Assembly: GCA_963755125.1 (NCBI GenBank)
Contig: CAVWIP010000014.1
Location: 96,001 to 160,000, forward strand
Direction of reading: 5' to 3'
DNA length: 64,000 nt
Source: an uncultured delta proteobacterium
GTDB taxonomy: Bacteria > Myxococcota_A > Polyangia > Fen-1088
Position numbers and translations under genes: made by a program. Below, in pieces: positions 19,604 through 31,189 of the stretch; positions within the stretch are counted from its first letter, which is position 1; every line of letters begins with the position of its first letter. The notes under the pieces were generated by a model. It did no database searches. It was not told where the DNA came from and worked only from the letters and a program-made list of their open reading frames with translations.

Positions 19604-20683
19604 GTGCCGCAAGCGACATCACTTCCAAGTCAGGCGTTGCACAAGTCGAATGCCCCGCAAATCAGGCCAGAGGAGTTGAGCCAACTGGCCGGCCTCTTCG
19701 CGGCCAAGCTGAAGGCCGGCCTCTCGATCAGCCAGGCGCTGTATGCGCTGTCAGTCGATTCGAAGAAGCCGGTTCTGGTGGCGGCGTGCAAGGGCGTGAA
19801 GGCCAGCGTGGATGCCGGCCGGCCGCTGGGTGAAGCCATGCGCGCATACCCGGACGTGTTCGACGAGATCAGCGTGGCGGTGCTGGGCGCGGGCCAGAAG
19901 AGCAATCGCCTGCCGATCGAGCTGCAACGTTTGTCGGCTTATCTCGGCACCACAGCGAAGATTGCGCGCGGCCTGCGCAGCGCGACCACGCGGCCCATGC
20001 TCAGCCTTGGTGTCGGCCTGCTGGTCATCATGGCCGGCCTTGCGGGCGCGGCGCCTGCCCTCGAGCGATTCCTGGAGAGCCTGCCCGAGCGAGAATGGCC
20101 GGCCGCCAGCCATCTGGCCATCCACGTCTCGCATGCCTTGCGATGGATCCTGCCGGTGGTGCTGGCGGCGCTGGCTCTCGTGTATGGGGGTTTTCGCCTG
20201 CTTGTGCGCGGAGAAAAGCGTCTGCGTTGGCGGGATAGGATGCTCTTGGGGGCGCCGATTGTCGGGTCGTTGTGGCGGGCCAAGGCGGTGGCGCACTTTT
20301 GCCGCACCACCGGGCTGCTGGCCTCCGCCGGTATTCCGCTGCTGGAGGCGATGGAAAGCGCCGCGATGACCTCGGGCAACTTGGCAGTGCGCGGGGCGGT
20401 GCTGCTAGTGGCTGACAAGCTGGGCAAGGGCCGCGACTTGCCCCCGTTGCTGGTCGAGGTTGGCCTGGTCCCGCGATCCGAGATGAACGCCATGCAAGCG
20501 GCCGAGCGGCGGGGAGCCCTGGGTGAAGTGCTCATGAAGCACGCTGAAGCCAGCGACGCCGATCTGTTGAGGAGGATCAACCGGCTCAAGAACCTGGCGC
20601 AGTCGGCGACGGTCTTGCTGCTCGGTCTGCTGGTAGCCGCCGTGGTATTGGGGCTGGTCGGCGCCGCGCTGGCGGGCCGCTGA
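19604..20683 (+). CDS. PilC/GspF-family inner-membrane platform protein (orphan)
   Basis: Two T2SSF-like domains (LKAGLSISQAL; LASAGIPLLEAM), YPDVFD motif, PIVGSLW, three hydrophobic segments. Confidence 0.8.
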   Translation: MPQATSLPSQALHKSNAPQIRPEELSQLAGLFAAKLKAGLSISQALYALSVDSKKPVLVAACKGVKASVDAGRPLGEAMRAYPDVFDEISVAVLGAGQKSNRLPIELQRLSAYLGTTAKIARGLRSATTRPMLSLGVGLLVIMAGLAGAAPALERFLESLPEREWPAASHLAIHVSHALRWILPVVLAALALVYGGFRLLVRGEKRLRWRDRMLLGAPIVGSLWRAKAVAHFCRTTGLLASAGIPLLEAMESAAMTSGNLAVRGAVLLVADKLGKGRDLPPLLVEVGLVPRSEMNAMQAAERRGALGEVLMKHAEASDADLLRRINRLKNLAQSATVLLLGLLVAAVVLGLVGAALAGR

Positions 20684-20758
20684 GCACTGCCTGGACCTGG
20701 AGGCGTGCGGGATCAGCCCGCCTTGCACTGCTCGGGAACCTTTGCGTGCACGGCTCGG

Positions 20759-22372
<1,614 letters not shown>

Positions 22373-22558
22373 GATCCGTGGACCCCGGCGATCATGGTAG
22401 CACCGATGACGGCGCTGGGGGTAGCAGCGGACCGCCTTTCTTTCGGCCGACCCGTCGCCTGCTGGAGCGAGACGTGTCGTCTCACTGGCCTGTGCGACCA
22501 GTGCCCGGATTTGCGGCGACCGGCCCAGCCGTGAAAACCCAGGAACGCGGCAGAAGGG

Positions 22559-23050
22559 CTACGAAGACACCGTGGGAGGTCGGGCGCCGTCGAAGAGCTG
22601 GATGTCCTGACAAGTCTCGCGGGTTCCGCAGTCCGGAGCGTTGTTGGTCGCATAGGTGTAGGTCACACTGCCGCTGAGCGAATCTCCTTCGAGCTTGCCC
22701 ACCAGGTGAGCGTTGCGTGTGAAAGCGCAGGTGCCGCTGGATCCGGCCACGGTTCCGATGATCGACAGATCGAGTGAATGGTCCGAGACCTTGCCGGTGA
22801 AGGTGTCGCTGCCCGCGATCAGGCTGAGACCCAGGCCGGCCGCACCCTGCACCTTGGCCGTCACGTTGGATCCGTCCTGGGTCACCACCACGGTTGCGCC
22901 CGTCGAAGTGGTCCCCGCATCATTGGTCAGGATGCCGCACTGGTTCTGCTCGACGGTCAGGGCGAGCGTGTAGGTGCCGGCGACGTTGGCGGGAGTATCG
23001 CTGCCGCAGGCTCCTGCCAGCAGGGCAAGAATGAAGGCTGTCTTCCGCAT
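22559..23050 (-). CDS. Putative lipoprotein, beta-rich
   Basis: MRKTAFILALLAGAC lipobox. Confidence 0.8.
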   Translation of the reverse strand: MRKTAFILALLAGACGSDTPANVAGTYTLALTVEQNQCGILTNDAGTTSTGATVVVTQDGSNVTAKVQGAAGLGLSLIAGSDTFTGKVSDHSLDLSIIGTVAGSSGTCAFTRNAHLVGKLEGDSLSGSVTYTYATNNAPDCGTRETCQDIQLFDGARPPTVSS

Positions 23051-23061
23051 AATGGGCTCCC

Positions 23062-24108
23062 TTATCTGGAAAGTACGCTCGCGCTCTCCGACGCGTCGTC
23101 AGGCGAATGATTCTTGGCGCGCGGCCGAACCGGATGGGACCGCTTGCGCCACCACAGAGCGGCGCCTGCGACCAGCAGGAAAAGGCCAGGGACAGCCGCC
23201 GGCCGCCCGGTCATCGAGCAACCGGCTGCCACGAACGGGCCGGATGAATAGCACGCCGCCGGCAGACAAACATTCCCGGCATCTGCGGCCGCATTGGCCG
23301 CTACGCCGCAGGTCTGGCTGGTGCAATCCCTCGCGCGCGCGCACACGGCCCCTTCTGACTCGGTCGCGGAACAGATACTGTTGGAATTACAGAAGAGCCC
23401 GTCCTGGCAACTGTTCTGCAACAAGACCTGTGCGCAGTTCTCGCCGCTCCCGGCCCTGGGCAGGCAGGTGCCGTCGGCAGTGGAGGTCGCGCCCGAACAG
23501 AAACCGGTGACGCATTCTACGGCACTCCGGCACGCGCCCCCGGACGGGACCTGGGGGGCTACGATGGCATCGCAGCCCGCGGGAAGGCCGCCCGCGGCGT
23601 TCATCGGCCAGGATGCGCAGCTAACCACCCCGATCCCATACAGACAAAGGCCCGCCTGATCCGGATAGTAGACCGTACGCCCGCGACCGATGCCGTCGGA
23701 GATCGCCTGGACTCCGGGTTGCGCCTCGCTGACGATGTTCGATATGCAGGTCGCCAGCGCCTTTCCCTTCAGGTCGGTCTGGGTGCAGCAGGCGAAGTTC
23801 TGGGTGCAGACGACCGTGGCGTAGGCATTCGCAAGCTGGTCGAGCGGCACGGGCGCGCTTCCGGTGTCGCCCGGGACGCTCGCATCCGGCTGCACGGCAG
23901 TGTCCACGGATCCCCTGCCTGGGGCGTCCAGGACCGACGCGTCGGGGTAGTGACCATTGTGCCAGCAGGTATTATCCGCCGCGCAGTAGTACTCCTTCGG
24001 GCACTGGCCGGAAGGCGCGCACTTGAGATCGCCGTCGTGATAGCTCGGCGAATAGCAGCCTGCCAGCAGCAGGCCTGCAACCCAACCATGGCGAGACGAC
24101 GTCAGCAT
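23062..24108 (-). CDS. Cys-rich lipoprotein with C-terminal MYXO-CTERM-like sorting signal
   Basis: LLLAGC lipobox; about 26 Cys; C-terminal GCS-linker-hydrophobic helix-WWRKRS. Confidence 0.75.
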   Translation of the reverse strand: MLTSSRHGWVAGLLLAGCYSPSYHDGDLKCAPSGQCPKEYYCAADNTCWHNGHYPDASVLDAPGRGSVDTAVQPDASVPGDTGSAPVPLDQLANAYATVVCTQNFACCTQTDLKGKALATCISNIVSEAQPGVQAISDGIGRGRTVYYPDQAGLCLYGIGVVSCASWPMNAAGGLPAGCDAIVAPQVPSGGACRSAVECVTGFCSGATSTADGTCLPRAGSGENCAQVLLQNSCQDGLFCNSNSICSATESEGAVCARARDCTSQTCGVAANAAADAGNVCLPAACYSSGPFVAAGCSMTGRPAAVPGLFLLVAGAALWWRKRSHPVRPRAKNHSPDDASESASVLSR

Positions 24109-25013
24109 CAGAACGCCATCCGCAAAGAGGCACCGGCCAAATGGGTAGCCACGGCCGGCGAGAGGGTGATTGCCTGGGGTGCGTTGTCGCGGCCAGCGCG
24201 CGCGCCCACAACGTAGAGAATGGCGCCGGTAACCACCGCCGCCGCGCCGACGCCGATGAAGACGCCCTCGAGTACCTGGTCCCGCCGGCCAGCGCTTTCC
24301 TTCGAAGGATCGAATACGCCCCTGCTCTGGTCGAGCTGCGTGAGCTGGTCGCCGGCTTGCTTCGCGAGCACGCCAAAGGCGATGCCCGCGCCCACCAGGG
24401 CGAGGCCACCAGCCGCCGTCACGATCCCGGCCAGCTTCTTGCCCCGCCCCAGCGACACTCGTTCAAGCGGAGCCTCCTCGACCACAGCCGAGGCAGCCTG
24501 ATTGCCGCCGACGCCGACGTCGGTCGGGACAGGCGCCACAGCCGGTGGCCCTGGTGCCACCGTCCCGCTGCTGGTCGGGTTGCTTGCGCCCGGAACGGCA
24601 GGAGGTTCTGCCTGCGCCTGCCTCTGCTTGTCGACCAAGTCCTTCAGCTCGCGGAGCTTCGACTCCACATCAGCGCGGTTGGCCGCCTCGGGCAGCTTTG
24701 ACAGATAGGTCTTGTAGAAGCGCAACGCTTCGGCAGCGTGGCCAGCCAGACGGTGAGCCTGCCCGAGATTGAAGAGCAGGGCCGGATCATCTTTGCTCTT
24801 GTACGCCGCCATATACTCAGCGATCGCCTCGTCATACAGGCCAAGCTCGTAGGCCCGCGTGCCCTTGATGTAGTGGTCGCGGGCCGTGCCTTGGTCATCC
24901 CCACGTGCCACACCGGCAGAGAGGGTGAGTAACGCCGCCATTGCTACAACGTGGCGCATGGTCGCATTGTACCTCATCTGCGTCGTCACCAGAATCTCCG
25001 CCAGCGCCATCAC
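24108..25013 (-). CDS. Exported TPR-repeat protein with C-terminal hydrophobic hairpin (start may be 25010 or 24959)
   Basis: Signal peptide, ARDHY..G..AY..G.YDEAI and LLFNLGQAHR TPR helices, two Gly-rich hydrophobic segments. Confidence 0.8.
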   Translation of the reverse strand: MMALAEILVTTQMRYNATMRHVVAMAALLTLSAGVARGDDQGTARDHYIKGTRAYELGLYDEAIAEYMAAYKSKDDPALLFNLGQAHRLAGHAAEALRFYKTYLSKLPEAANRADVESKLRELKDLVDKQRQAQAEPPAVPGASNPTSSGTVAPGPPAVAPVPTDVGVGGNQAASAVVEEAPLERVSLGRGKKLAGIVTAAGGLALVGAGIAFGVLAKQAGDQLTQLDQSRGVFDPSKESAGRRDQVLEGVFIGVGAAAVVTGAILYVVGARAGRDNAPQAITLSPAVATHLAGASLRMAF

Positions 25014-26983
25014 TGCCAGCCGATGCGGTACCCGACATCGACGATGAAGCCGCCACTGTTGCCCACGATGTCGTCGCCACTGGACAGCTTACCCAGCGAC
25101 ATGGCCAGGTAGCGCAGGCCGAACACAACCTGGGACCGATGCAGGAGGAAGGCGGCCTCGGTCGAGCCTTCGCAGGCAAAGGCCGCGCTTCGGCCCGCGA
25201 TCTCGCTGCTGAAGATGGGCAGGCGTGCCTGCGCCAGCACCAGCCCGGCGCCCGCGCCAACCGACAGGGCCAGACGGTTGATGCGTCGGCGATAGCGGGC
25301 CTGGGCCAGCAGGGGAATCTGATCGAGGATGACGGTGCCTGCCCCGGCGTTGTTCCACGAGTAGAAGCGGCTGTGCAAGTAGCCGGCGCTCACTCCGAAT
25401 GTAAAACCGGCGACGCTGGGATGGCGCGAGGCCATCGCCTCGATGAATAGGGCGCTGCCCGGCGGCTGGCGCAGGTTCCACAGAAAGCCCAGGCGAGGCG
25501 TGAGTGTGTAGCGTGTGGCCAGCACGGGGTCGGGCGGCAGCCGACGCGTGAACAGGGCGAGCGGAATGTTCTCCGTGGCGTGTCCACTGTCCAGCACGGC
25601 CTCCACTTCCATGGTGTCACGTCCGGTCAGCACGGCGGGCGGCCGGAGAACCAGCATGGCACGGCCGTCCTCGGTGGCCTGGGACCGTGCAGGCTGCCCA
25701 TCCACGAGCAGCGAGGCCTCGCCTGCGTCGGTGAGATTCCCAAACGCGTCTTGGGCACTGAGAAATACGCGCAGACTGCGCAGCGGGGCGCTTTCAGGTT
25801 GGGTCACCTCCGGCTGCAGCAGGACCTGGGCCGTCGGCGCCGAAACCAGCACCACGTCCGCCTCGGCGGTCACGTCTGGATGTCCGCGCAGCGAAGCGAC
25901 CAGGTGGAGAGTCGGGTCCTGCAGGGAGGCCGGCACGCGTATCAGGAAGCGGGCCTCGCCAGCGGCACGACTGCCCATGGGCTCGGGCCGCGGTCCTGAA
26001 GATGCCAGCAGGATCGTCGATGCGTCGACCAGTCGCCCGGTGGGCTCGACCGCCAGAACCGCGACCTCGGAAACCGTTCCTGCGGCCAACTTCTCCGGGG
26101 CGATGACCAAGGCGCGCTGGGCGGGTGGAATTTTGAGATCGAGAAGCTCCTGGCTGGATTTGCCATAGCGATTGACCGATCGGGCCAGTGCGAAGTCGAT
26201 GCCGGGAGACACGACCACCGGCACGTGGACGTTGCCGTCCGCGGGCGCGACCACCGGCCCGAACTGCTTGTCCCCGACTTTCACCGTGACCCTGGAACCC
26301 GGGTCGGTGTGAAAGGCCGGACTGGCAGCCGCACGCAGCCGCACGGCCAGGGAGCCGCGCAGAATCAGCGAATCGTGCGAGAAATCGGCGACCACGATCG
26401 CGACCTGGGGAAAACGGGCCGAGGGCAGGAGAAAGCGAGCCGAGAAACTGGTCGGTCCCTCGCGCAGCACATCCTCCACCCGGCCGGCGCTGCACAGGAT
26501 GCGCGGAAAGGGCAGGGGCGACGGGAAGTCACCTGTGGCCACGATGCGCAGCTCGGTTTCATCTTCGATGCCAAGCACTGGCGAGGCTGTCGCCAGCGAC
26601 AGGGTTACGCGTGCGGACGAGGCGTGCGGCTCGGCGCGCGGAGCAGGCACAACCGGCTTCTCTGGCAAGGCTTGCACCTGGCTGGGCGAGGGCTTGACCG
26701 CGGTGGGCGGGACACGATGTTCTGGCTTGGGGCTGGCCGCGGTGGCAACCGGCTCTGGCAGCGGCGTCGCACCTTGTGGTAGCGCTGCCGGGGCTTCCGC
26801 CTGCTGCGGCTTGCCAGCCTCGGATGCGCCGTCATCGTCGCGCTGGTTCGCATCGGCGGCGGTCGCGGCGTCCGGCGAACTCTCGGCGGCCTCGACCCGT
26901 GCACCCATGAGCAGAAGCAGAGCCAGCCCGGCGGCAGCCTGGGCCGGTAGCCAGCAAACGCGTGCGACTGGCCAGGTCATCAT
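25010..26983 (-). CDS. Exported protein, beta-sandwich region plus probable C-terminal outer-membrane beta-barrel
   Basis: Signal peptide, Pro/Ala linker, alternating beta strands ending GGFIVDVGYRIGW. Confidence 0.65.
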   Translation of the reverse strand: MMTWPVARVCWLPAQAAAGLALLLLMGARVEAAESSPDAATAADANQRDDDGASEAGKPQQAEAPAALPQGATPLPEPVATAASPKPEHRVPPTAVKPSPSQVQALPEKPVVPAPRAEPHASSARVTLSLATASPVLGIEDETELRIVATGDFPSPLPFPRILCSAGRVEDVLREGPTSFSARFLLPSARFPQVAIVVADFSHDSLILRGSLAVRLRAAASPAFHTDPGSRVTVKVGDKQFGPVVAPADGNVHVPVVVSPGIDFALARSVNRYGKSSQELLDLKIPPAQRALVIAPEKLAAGTVSEVAVLAVEPTGRLVDASTILLASSGPRPEPMGSRAAGEARFLIRVPASLQDPTLHLVASLRGHPDVTAEADVVLVSAPTAQVLLQPEVTQPESAPLRSLRVFLSAQDAFGNLTDAGEASLLVDGQPARSQATEDGRAMLVLRPPAVLTGRDTMEVEAVLDSGHATENIPLALFTRRLPPDPVLATRYTLTPRLGFLWNLRQPPGSALFIEAMASRHPSVAGFTFGVSAGYLHSRFYSWNNAGAGTVILDQIPLLAQARYRRRINRLALSVGAGAGLVLAQARLPIFSSEIAGRSAAFACEGSTEAAFLLHRSQVVFGLRYLAMSLGKLSSGDDIVGNSGGFIVDVGYRIGWQ

Positions 26984-27921
26984 TCGTTCCAGAGTCTTCC
27001 GCCCGAGGGTTGCAGCGACGGCGCGCGAGGGGGACGGCGTAGGATCTTGTCCACGGCTTTCTGTCGCCCGGAGATGTCCTCGGCCTCGATGTGGACGCGA
27101 GTTTGCGGCGCCGACACCTGCACGTGCGCGACGAAAGTGCCATCAGGCGCCACGGGGGTCTCTTCGCCGTTCACGCGGACGCGCGACGACGGGCTGGCGT
27201 GACCTCGGATCTGGGATGCAGCCTCGGTCTTGTCGTCTTCTGGCCAGATGACCGAGAGCAAGAGTTGCTCGGGAATGGGCTCAGGATCGCTGGGCGCCGC
27301 CCCGGGGAAAGCCGTGCTCTCGTTCCCCTTGCGAACCAGGACTTGCTTGCCGTGCGCCTCGAAGCGGGCCGCGCCCTCGGAGGCCGCCACACTGACGTTT
27401 CCGCTGGGCGACACCGACACGGCAAAACGCGCGGCGCCCACGTTGGTGGTGTGTGTGTCGAGGGCATCGATCTCCAGTTTCTCGTCGTCCTTGCCCACGT
27501 TGGCGGAAACCCGACCACCGCGCAGCAGGCCCAGTTTGGCGGTGGTCTTCTCCAACTGGTCCACGCGCAGATCCATGTTGTCGCGCACCTCGATCTCGAC
27601 GCTGCCCCGGCGCAGAAGGGCGCGTGCCCCGCCATGGGTGCGCACCACGTCCTTGGACGACAGCAGATGGCCGGCGCGCGCCACGTACCACTGACCATTT
27701 TGGAATGCTTCCACGTTGCCAGCCAGCGCGCTCAATCGAAACTGGGTGGGCCCGGCCGCCACCAAGCGCGACGAAGGTGGCGGCAAGCCAGCCGGCATCT
27801 CGAAACGCCGACGCTCGAAGAAGAAGCGCGACAACAGCGTGGCCGCCACCAGGATGACGACCACCAGGACGATGATCGCCGCCTGGAAACCGGACAGCGG
27901 CCGCCGCCTTAGCTGGCTCAT
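26980..27921 (-). CDS. FecR-like domain membrane protein
   Basis: N-terminal TM; LAGNVE...L..KDVVRT..GARALL, L.GGRV.A, F.VSV...V.VAASEG FecR-type pattern; C-terminal Ig-like segment. Confidence 0.7.
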   Translation of the reverse strand: MSQLRRRPLSGFQAAIIVLVVVILVAATLLSRFFFERRRFEMPAGLPPPSSRLVAAGPTQFRLSALAGNVEAFQNGQWYVARAGHLLSSKDVVRTHGGARALLRRGSVEIEVRDNMDLRVDQLEKTTAKLGLLRGGRVSANVGKDDEKLEIDALDTHTTNVGAARFAVSVSPSGNVSVAASEGAARFEAHGKQVLVRKGNESTAFPGAAPSDPEPIPEQLLLSVIWPEDDKTEAASQIRGHASPSSRVRVNGEETPVAPDGTFVAHVQVSAPQTRVHIEAEDISGRQKAVDKILRRPPRAPSLQPSGGRLWNE

Positions 27922-29825
27922 GCGAGCAGACTGGCTCCTTCGGCGATGGGAAAAGTCAGCCAGAAGGTCGTGCCTTGGCCGACCTGGCTCTCAACCCGGA
28001 TGGTGGCCCCGTGGTCCTCGATGATCTTGTGCACGATGGAAAGGCCAATGCCGGTGTCGGTTCGCTGCGCCTTGGTGGTGAAGAAGGGATCGAAGATGCG
28101 GGACAGTTGCTCGGGACTGATGCCCCGCCCGGTGTCACTCACCCGCAGCCGGAGCAACTTGTCCTCCGGCCGCGTGGTCTCCAGGGTCAGGGTGCCGCCC
28201 TTGTCCATGGACGCCCTGGCGTTCTGGATGAGTTGTATGATCGCGGCTTGCACCTGCAGGGCGCTGCCGCGGACCGGAGGGCTGGGGCTGGCGACGTGCT
28301 TGACCACGGTGATGCCCGCCTCGGCCAGGGTCTTGGGCCCGCACAGCTCGAGCGCGTCGTGAGCGACCGCGGAAAGATCGAAGGGCCGGAAGTGCTCGCC
28401 CGACTGCTTCTGCGAGAAGCGCAGCAGGTTGGCCACGATGCCCTGAATGCGCGCGGCCTGCTCCTCGATGTCCTGCACCAGCGGCCGGGCGGGATGGCCT
28501 TCGGGCAGATCGGCCAGCAGGATCTGCGCCAGACCCAGCACGCCGGTCAGCGGATTGTTGATCTCGTGCGCGACCCCGGCGCCGAGTGATCCGATGGCGG
28601 CCAGCGAGCGCGAGCGCAACAGGAGGTCCTGTGCGTCACGCAGTTCCTTGGTCTTCTCATCGACCCGCTTTTCCAAGGTGACGTTCCAACCTCGGATCTC
28701 CTCGTTGCGCAGCAAAATCTCGCTACGCGCCGCCGAGAGCGAACTGGCCATGGAATTGAATGCCTTGGCCAGTTCACCCAGCTCGTCGTTGGATGCAACT
28801 TCAATTTCGGCGTCCAGCTTGCCCTGGGCGATGTGGCGCGCTCCCTGTACCAGGGTGCCGACCCGGCTGGCCAGCGAGCGCGCCAGCGCCGCACCCACCA
28901 CCGCGGCGACGAAGGCGGCCACACCCACCCAGTAGAGGGTGGTCCAGGTGAGGCGACGCGCGGGCTGCAGGGCCGATTCGAGCCAGCGCTCGACGACCAC
29001 GCCCATGCCAAAGGCGGGCGTCGGCACGTAGGCGCCGACCACCGCGTGGTCGTGGCTCGGGTACTCGGCCACGAACCAGGCGGACGGCAGCGAGCCGGGC
29101 TTGCCCTGCGGCAGGCGCTTGGGTTCGAGCGGGGTGGGTCCCACGGCCCGGCCGGAAGCCACCGTGCGGCTCTCGCGATCGAGCAGCAAGATGTCGCGGT
29201 CGTTCGACGAAAGCGAAGCCAGGTGATCGGCGATGCGGCGCAGGGATACAGCGGCCACGATGATGCGGGGATCCTCGTCGGCCAGACCCTGGTAGCGGAC
29301 CGCCAGCACCACATGCGGCACCCGCGCGCTGCCGGCCACGAAGATCGATCCCACTGCGCTCCCCTCGCGCAACACCGCCTCGACGGGAACATGCGCGGGC
29401 AGAAGCGCCACGTCCTGGGCCGAGACGATCTCATGGGTTCCAAAGGAATCATTTCTGGGTGCGACCGACTGGAAGGCAGCCGGAACCAGTGGCTGTCCTT
29501 CGGTGTCGAGCAAGGCCACGGCACTGAAATCGTCGCTCTGGTGGTACACCAGCTGGAGAAACTTGCGCAGCGCCTCGGCGGTCGGCAGCGCGCCCCCAAC
29601 CCGGGTGAGATCGAGAATTCGCGTCTCGACCGACATGGTGGCTTGCAGGTTGCTGAGGTGGCTGCTGACGTACTCCGAGATCTGGCGGGCCAGCAGAACC
29701 TCGTGGTCCTCGATGGCCTCGCGCAAGGCGGCCTGGCTGACCCGGATCGACGAATACCCGGCAATGGCTAGCGGCACGGCCGCCACGCCGATGGAGAGCA
29801 GCGCGAATTTGGGCAGCAGCTTCAC
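27918..29825 (-). CDS. Sensor histidine kinase (periplasmic Cache-like, HAMP, HisKA, HATPase)
   Basis: Two TM helices, DELGELAKAFN HAMP, AHEINNPL H-box, DTGRG, FDPFFTTK, GIGL. Confidence 0.93.
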   Translation of the reverse strand: MKLLPKFALLSIGVAAVPLAIAGYSSIRVSQAALREAIEDHEVLLARQISEYVSSHLSNLQATMSVETRILDLTRVGGALPTAEALRKFLQLVYHQSDDFSAVALLDTEGQPLVPAAFQSVAPRNDSFGTHEIVSAQDVALLPAHVPVEAVLREGSAVGSIFVAGSARVPHVVLAVRYQGLADEDPRIIVAAVSLRRIADHLASLSSNDRDILLLDRESRTVASGRAVGPTPLEPKRLPQGKPGSLPSAWFVAEYPSHDHAVVGAYVPTPAFGMGVVVERWLESALQPARRLTWTTLYWVGVAAFVAAVVGAALARSLASRVGTLVQGARHIAQGKLDAEIEVASNDELGELAKAFNSMASSLSAARSEILLRNEEIRGWNVTLEKRVDEKTKELRDAQDLLLRSRSLAAIGSLGAGVAHEINNPLTGVLGLAQILLADLPEGHPARPLVQDIEEQAARIQGIVANLLRFSQKQSGEHFRPFDLSAVAHDALELCGPKTLAEAGITVVKHVASPSPPVRGSALQVQAAIIQLIQNARASMDKGGTLTLETTRPEDKLLRLRVSDTGRGISPEQLSRIFDPFFTTKAQRTDTGIGLSIVHKIIEDHGATIRVESQVGQGTTFWLTFPIAEGASLLA

Positions 29826-31108
29826 GGTGCGATCCAGAAAAAGCCGTCGGGCAGGCTGGTCCAGCCGTCGTTGGCGTCGAAGGCCCAGACCGTGGCCTGT
29901 CCGCTGGCGCCGGGCACGACGCCGATAATTTCAGTGTCGCTTAGACAGGACGCATTGGCCAAGGGAACCGCGGCGGCCAAGACCTGGCCAATGTAGATGA
30001 TCGTGGACGTGGTGAAGTTGGCGCCAGAAACCTGTACGGGGGTGTCCTGCCCTTGCAGACCATAGGCAGGCGAGATCGACGCGATCTGTGGTGGAGGCTG
30101 ATACTCGAACGACGCGAACCAGGTGGCCAGGCCCAGCCGCGACTGCACGGTCACGGTGGCCGGGCCTGCGGCGTGAGCCGGGGTGTACCCGGTGATGGTC
30201 TGTTGGTCGGCGGACACGACGCCGCCATCGGGGATGATGGGGGTGTCGTCGAAGTAGACACGACTTCCGGCAACAAAGCCCGATCCTCGGATCACCACAT
30301 TGGTTCCACCCGCCACGCCTCCTGCCTGCGGCGTGACCGAGGACACCGTAGGGGGCGCGCTCAGCCTGATGGGGAGGTCCACGCTGGTCTGGTTGGGCGG
30401 CACGGCGTTGTCCGAGGCCACAATGTCCAGGTTCACCGTCATGCCGGGATCCAAGTTCGAACCGATGGTCACGTCGAAGGTGCAGTCGATCTCCTCTGCG
30501 CCCGGCCGGAACGGACAGGTGGCCGTCACCGGGTCACGTTGTGTCCCGTCGTCGGCCGGCGGCTCAGAATACCTCCAGGCCAGCGCCGTCATCTGGCCGG
30601 GTGGCTGGTCCACAGCGCTCACGTTCCCGTGAATGATGGTCCCCGGGGCGTAGAGATCTCCTGCGCTCGGGCTGGTGACCGTCACTATCGGCGCGAAGGT
30701 GTGCCGCCCCAGCGCAAGGAAACCAGCCGGCAGCACTGCCTTGCGGCCGCGCGGATCCGTGATCTCCACATCGCAAGGACCCGCGCCCAGGTCGTCCGGA
30801 TCCGGTAGGTCCAGGGTGGCCGAGATCTGCGTCGGGCCGACCCATCCGAAGTCGGTCAGGGGAAACCACGTCGGCGGGTTGCCCACACGGCCCGAGAAGC
30901 CGTCCATGGTCGCCACCCGTTGGCCCGAAACAGGGTCGAGGCGGAACGATGGGATGAAGTCCGCGCCCATCAGCGTGAGGCGGAGGTCGCCATCGGTGTA
31001 GGCCTGCGCGGGCTCAACCGCGTCGATGCGCGGCTGCGGCTCGTTTCCGGTGCAGCCGGCAAGGGCAGCGGCGAGAACAGCAAAACCTGTGCGGCGTCCG
31101 GGGGTCAC
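29822..31108 (-). CDS. Lipoprotein with IPT/TIG domains
   Basis: LAGC lipobox; PTVSSVTPQAGGVAGGTNVVIRGSGF and PQIASISP..G....VQVSGANF TIG motifs. Confidence 0.85.
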   Translation of the reverse strand: MTPGRRTGFAVLAAALAGCTGNEPQPRIDAVEPAQAYTDGDLRLTLMGADFIPSFRLDPVSGQRVATMDGFSGRVGNPPTWFPLTDFGWVGPTQISATLDLPDPDDLGAGPCDVEITDPRGRKAVLPAGFLALGRHTFAPIVTVTSPSAGDLYAPGTIIHGNVSAVDQPPGQMTALAWRYSEPPADDGTQRDPVTATCPFRPGAEEIDCTFDVTIGSNLDPGMTVNLDIVASDNAVPPNQTSVDLPIRLSAPPTVSSVTPQAGGVAGGTNVVIRGSGFVAGSRVYFDDTPIIPDGGVVSADQQTITGYTPAHAAGPATVTVQSRLGLATWFASFEYQPPPQIASISPAYGLQGQDTPVQVSGANFTTSTIIYIGQVLAAAVPLANASCLSDTEIIGVVPGASGQATVWAFDANDGWTSLPDGFFWIAP

Positions 31109-31189
31109 GCCGCTATCTTACTACCGGCGGAGTGATTCGGGCGGGTTCCGCGCAATGGGGGGCGTCAGACGGGGCCGGGGCGCGGCCCG

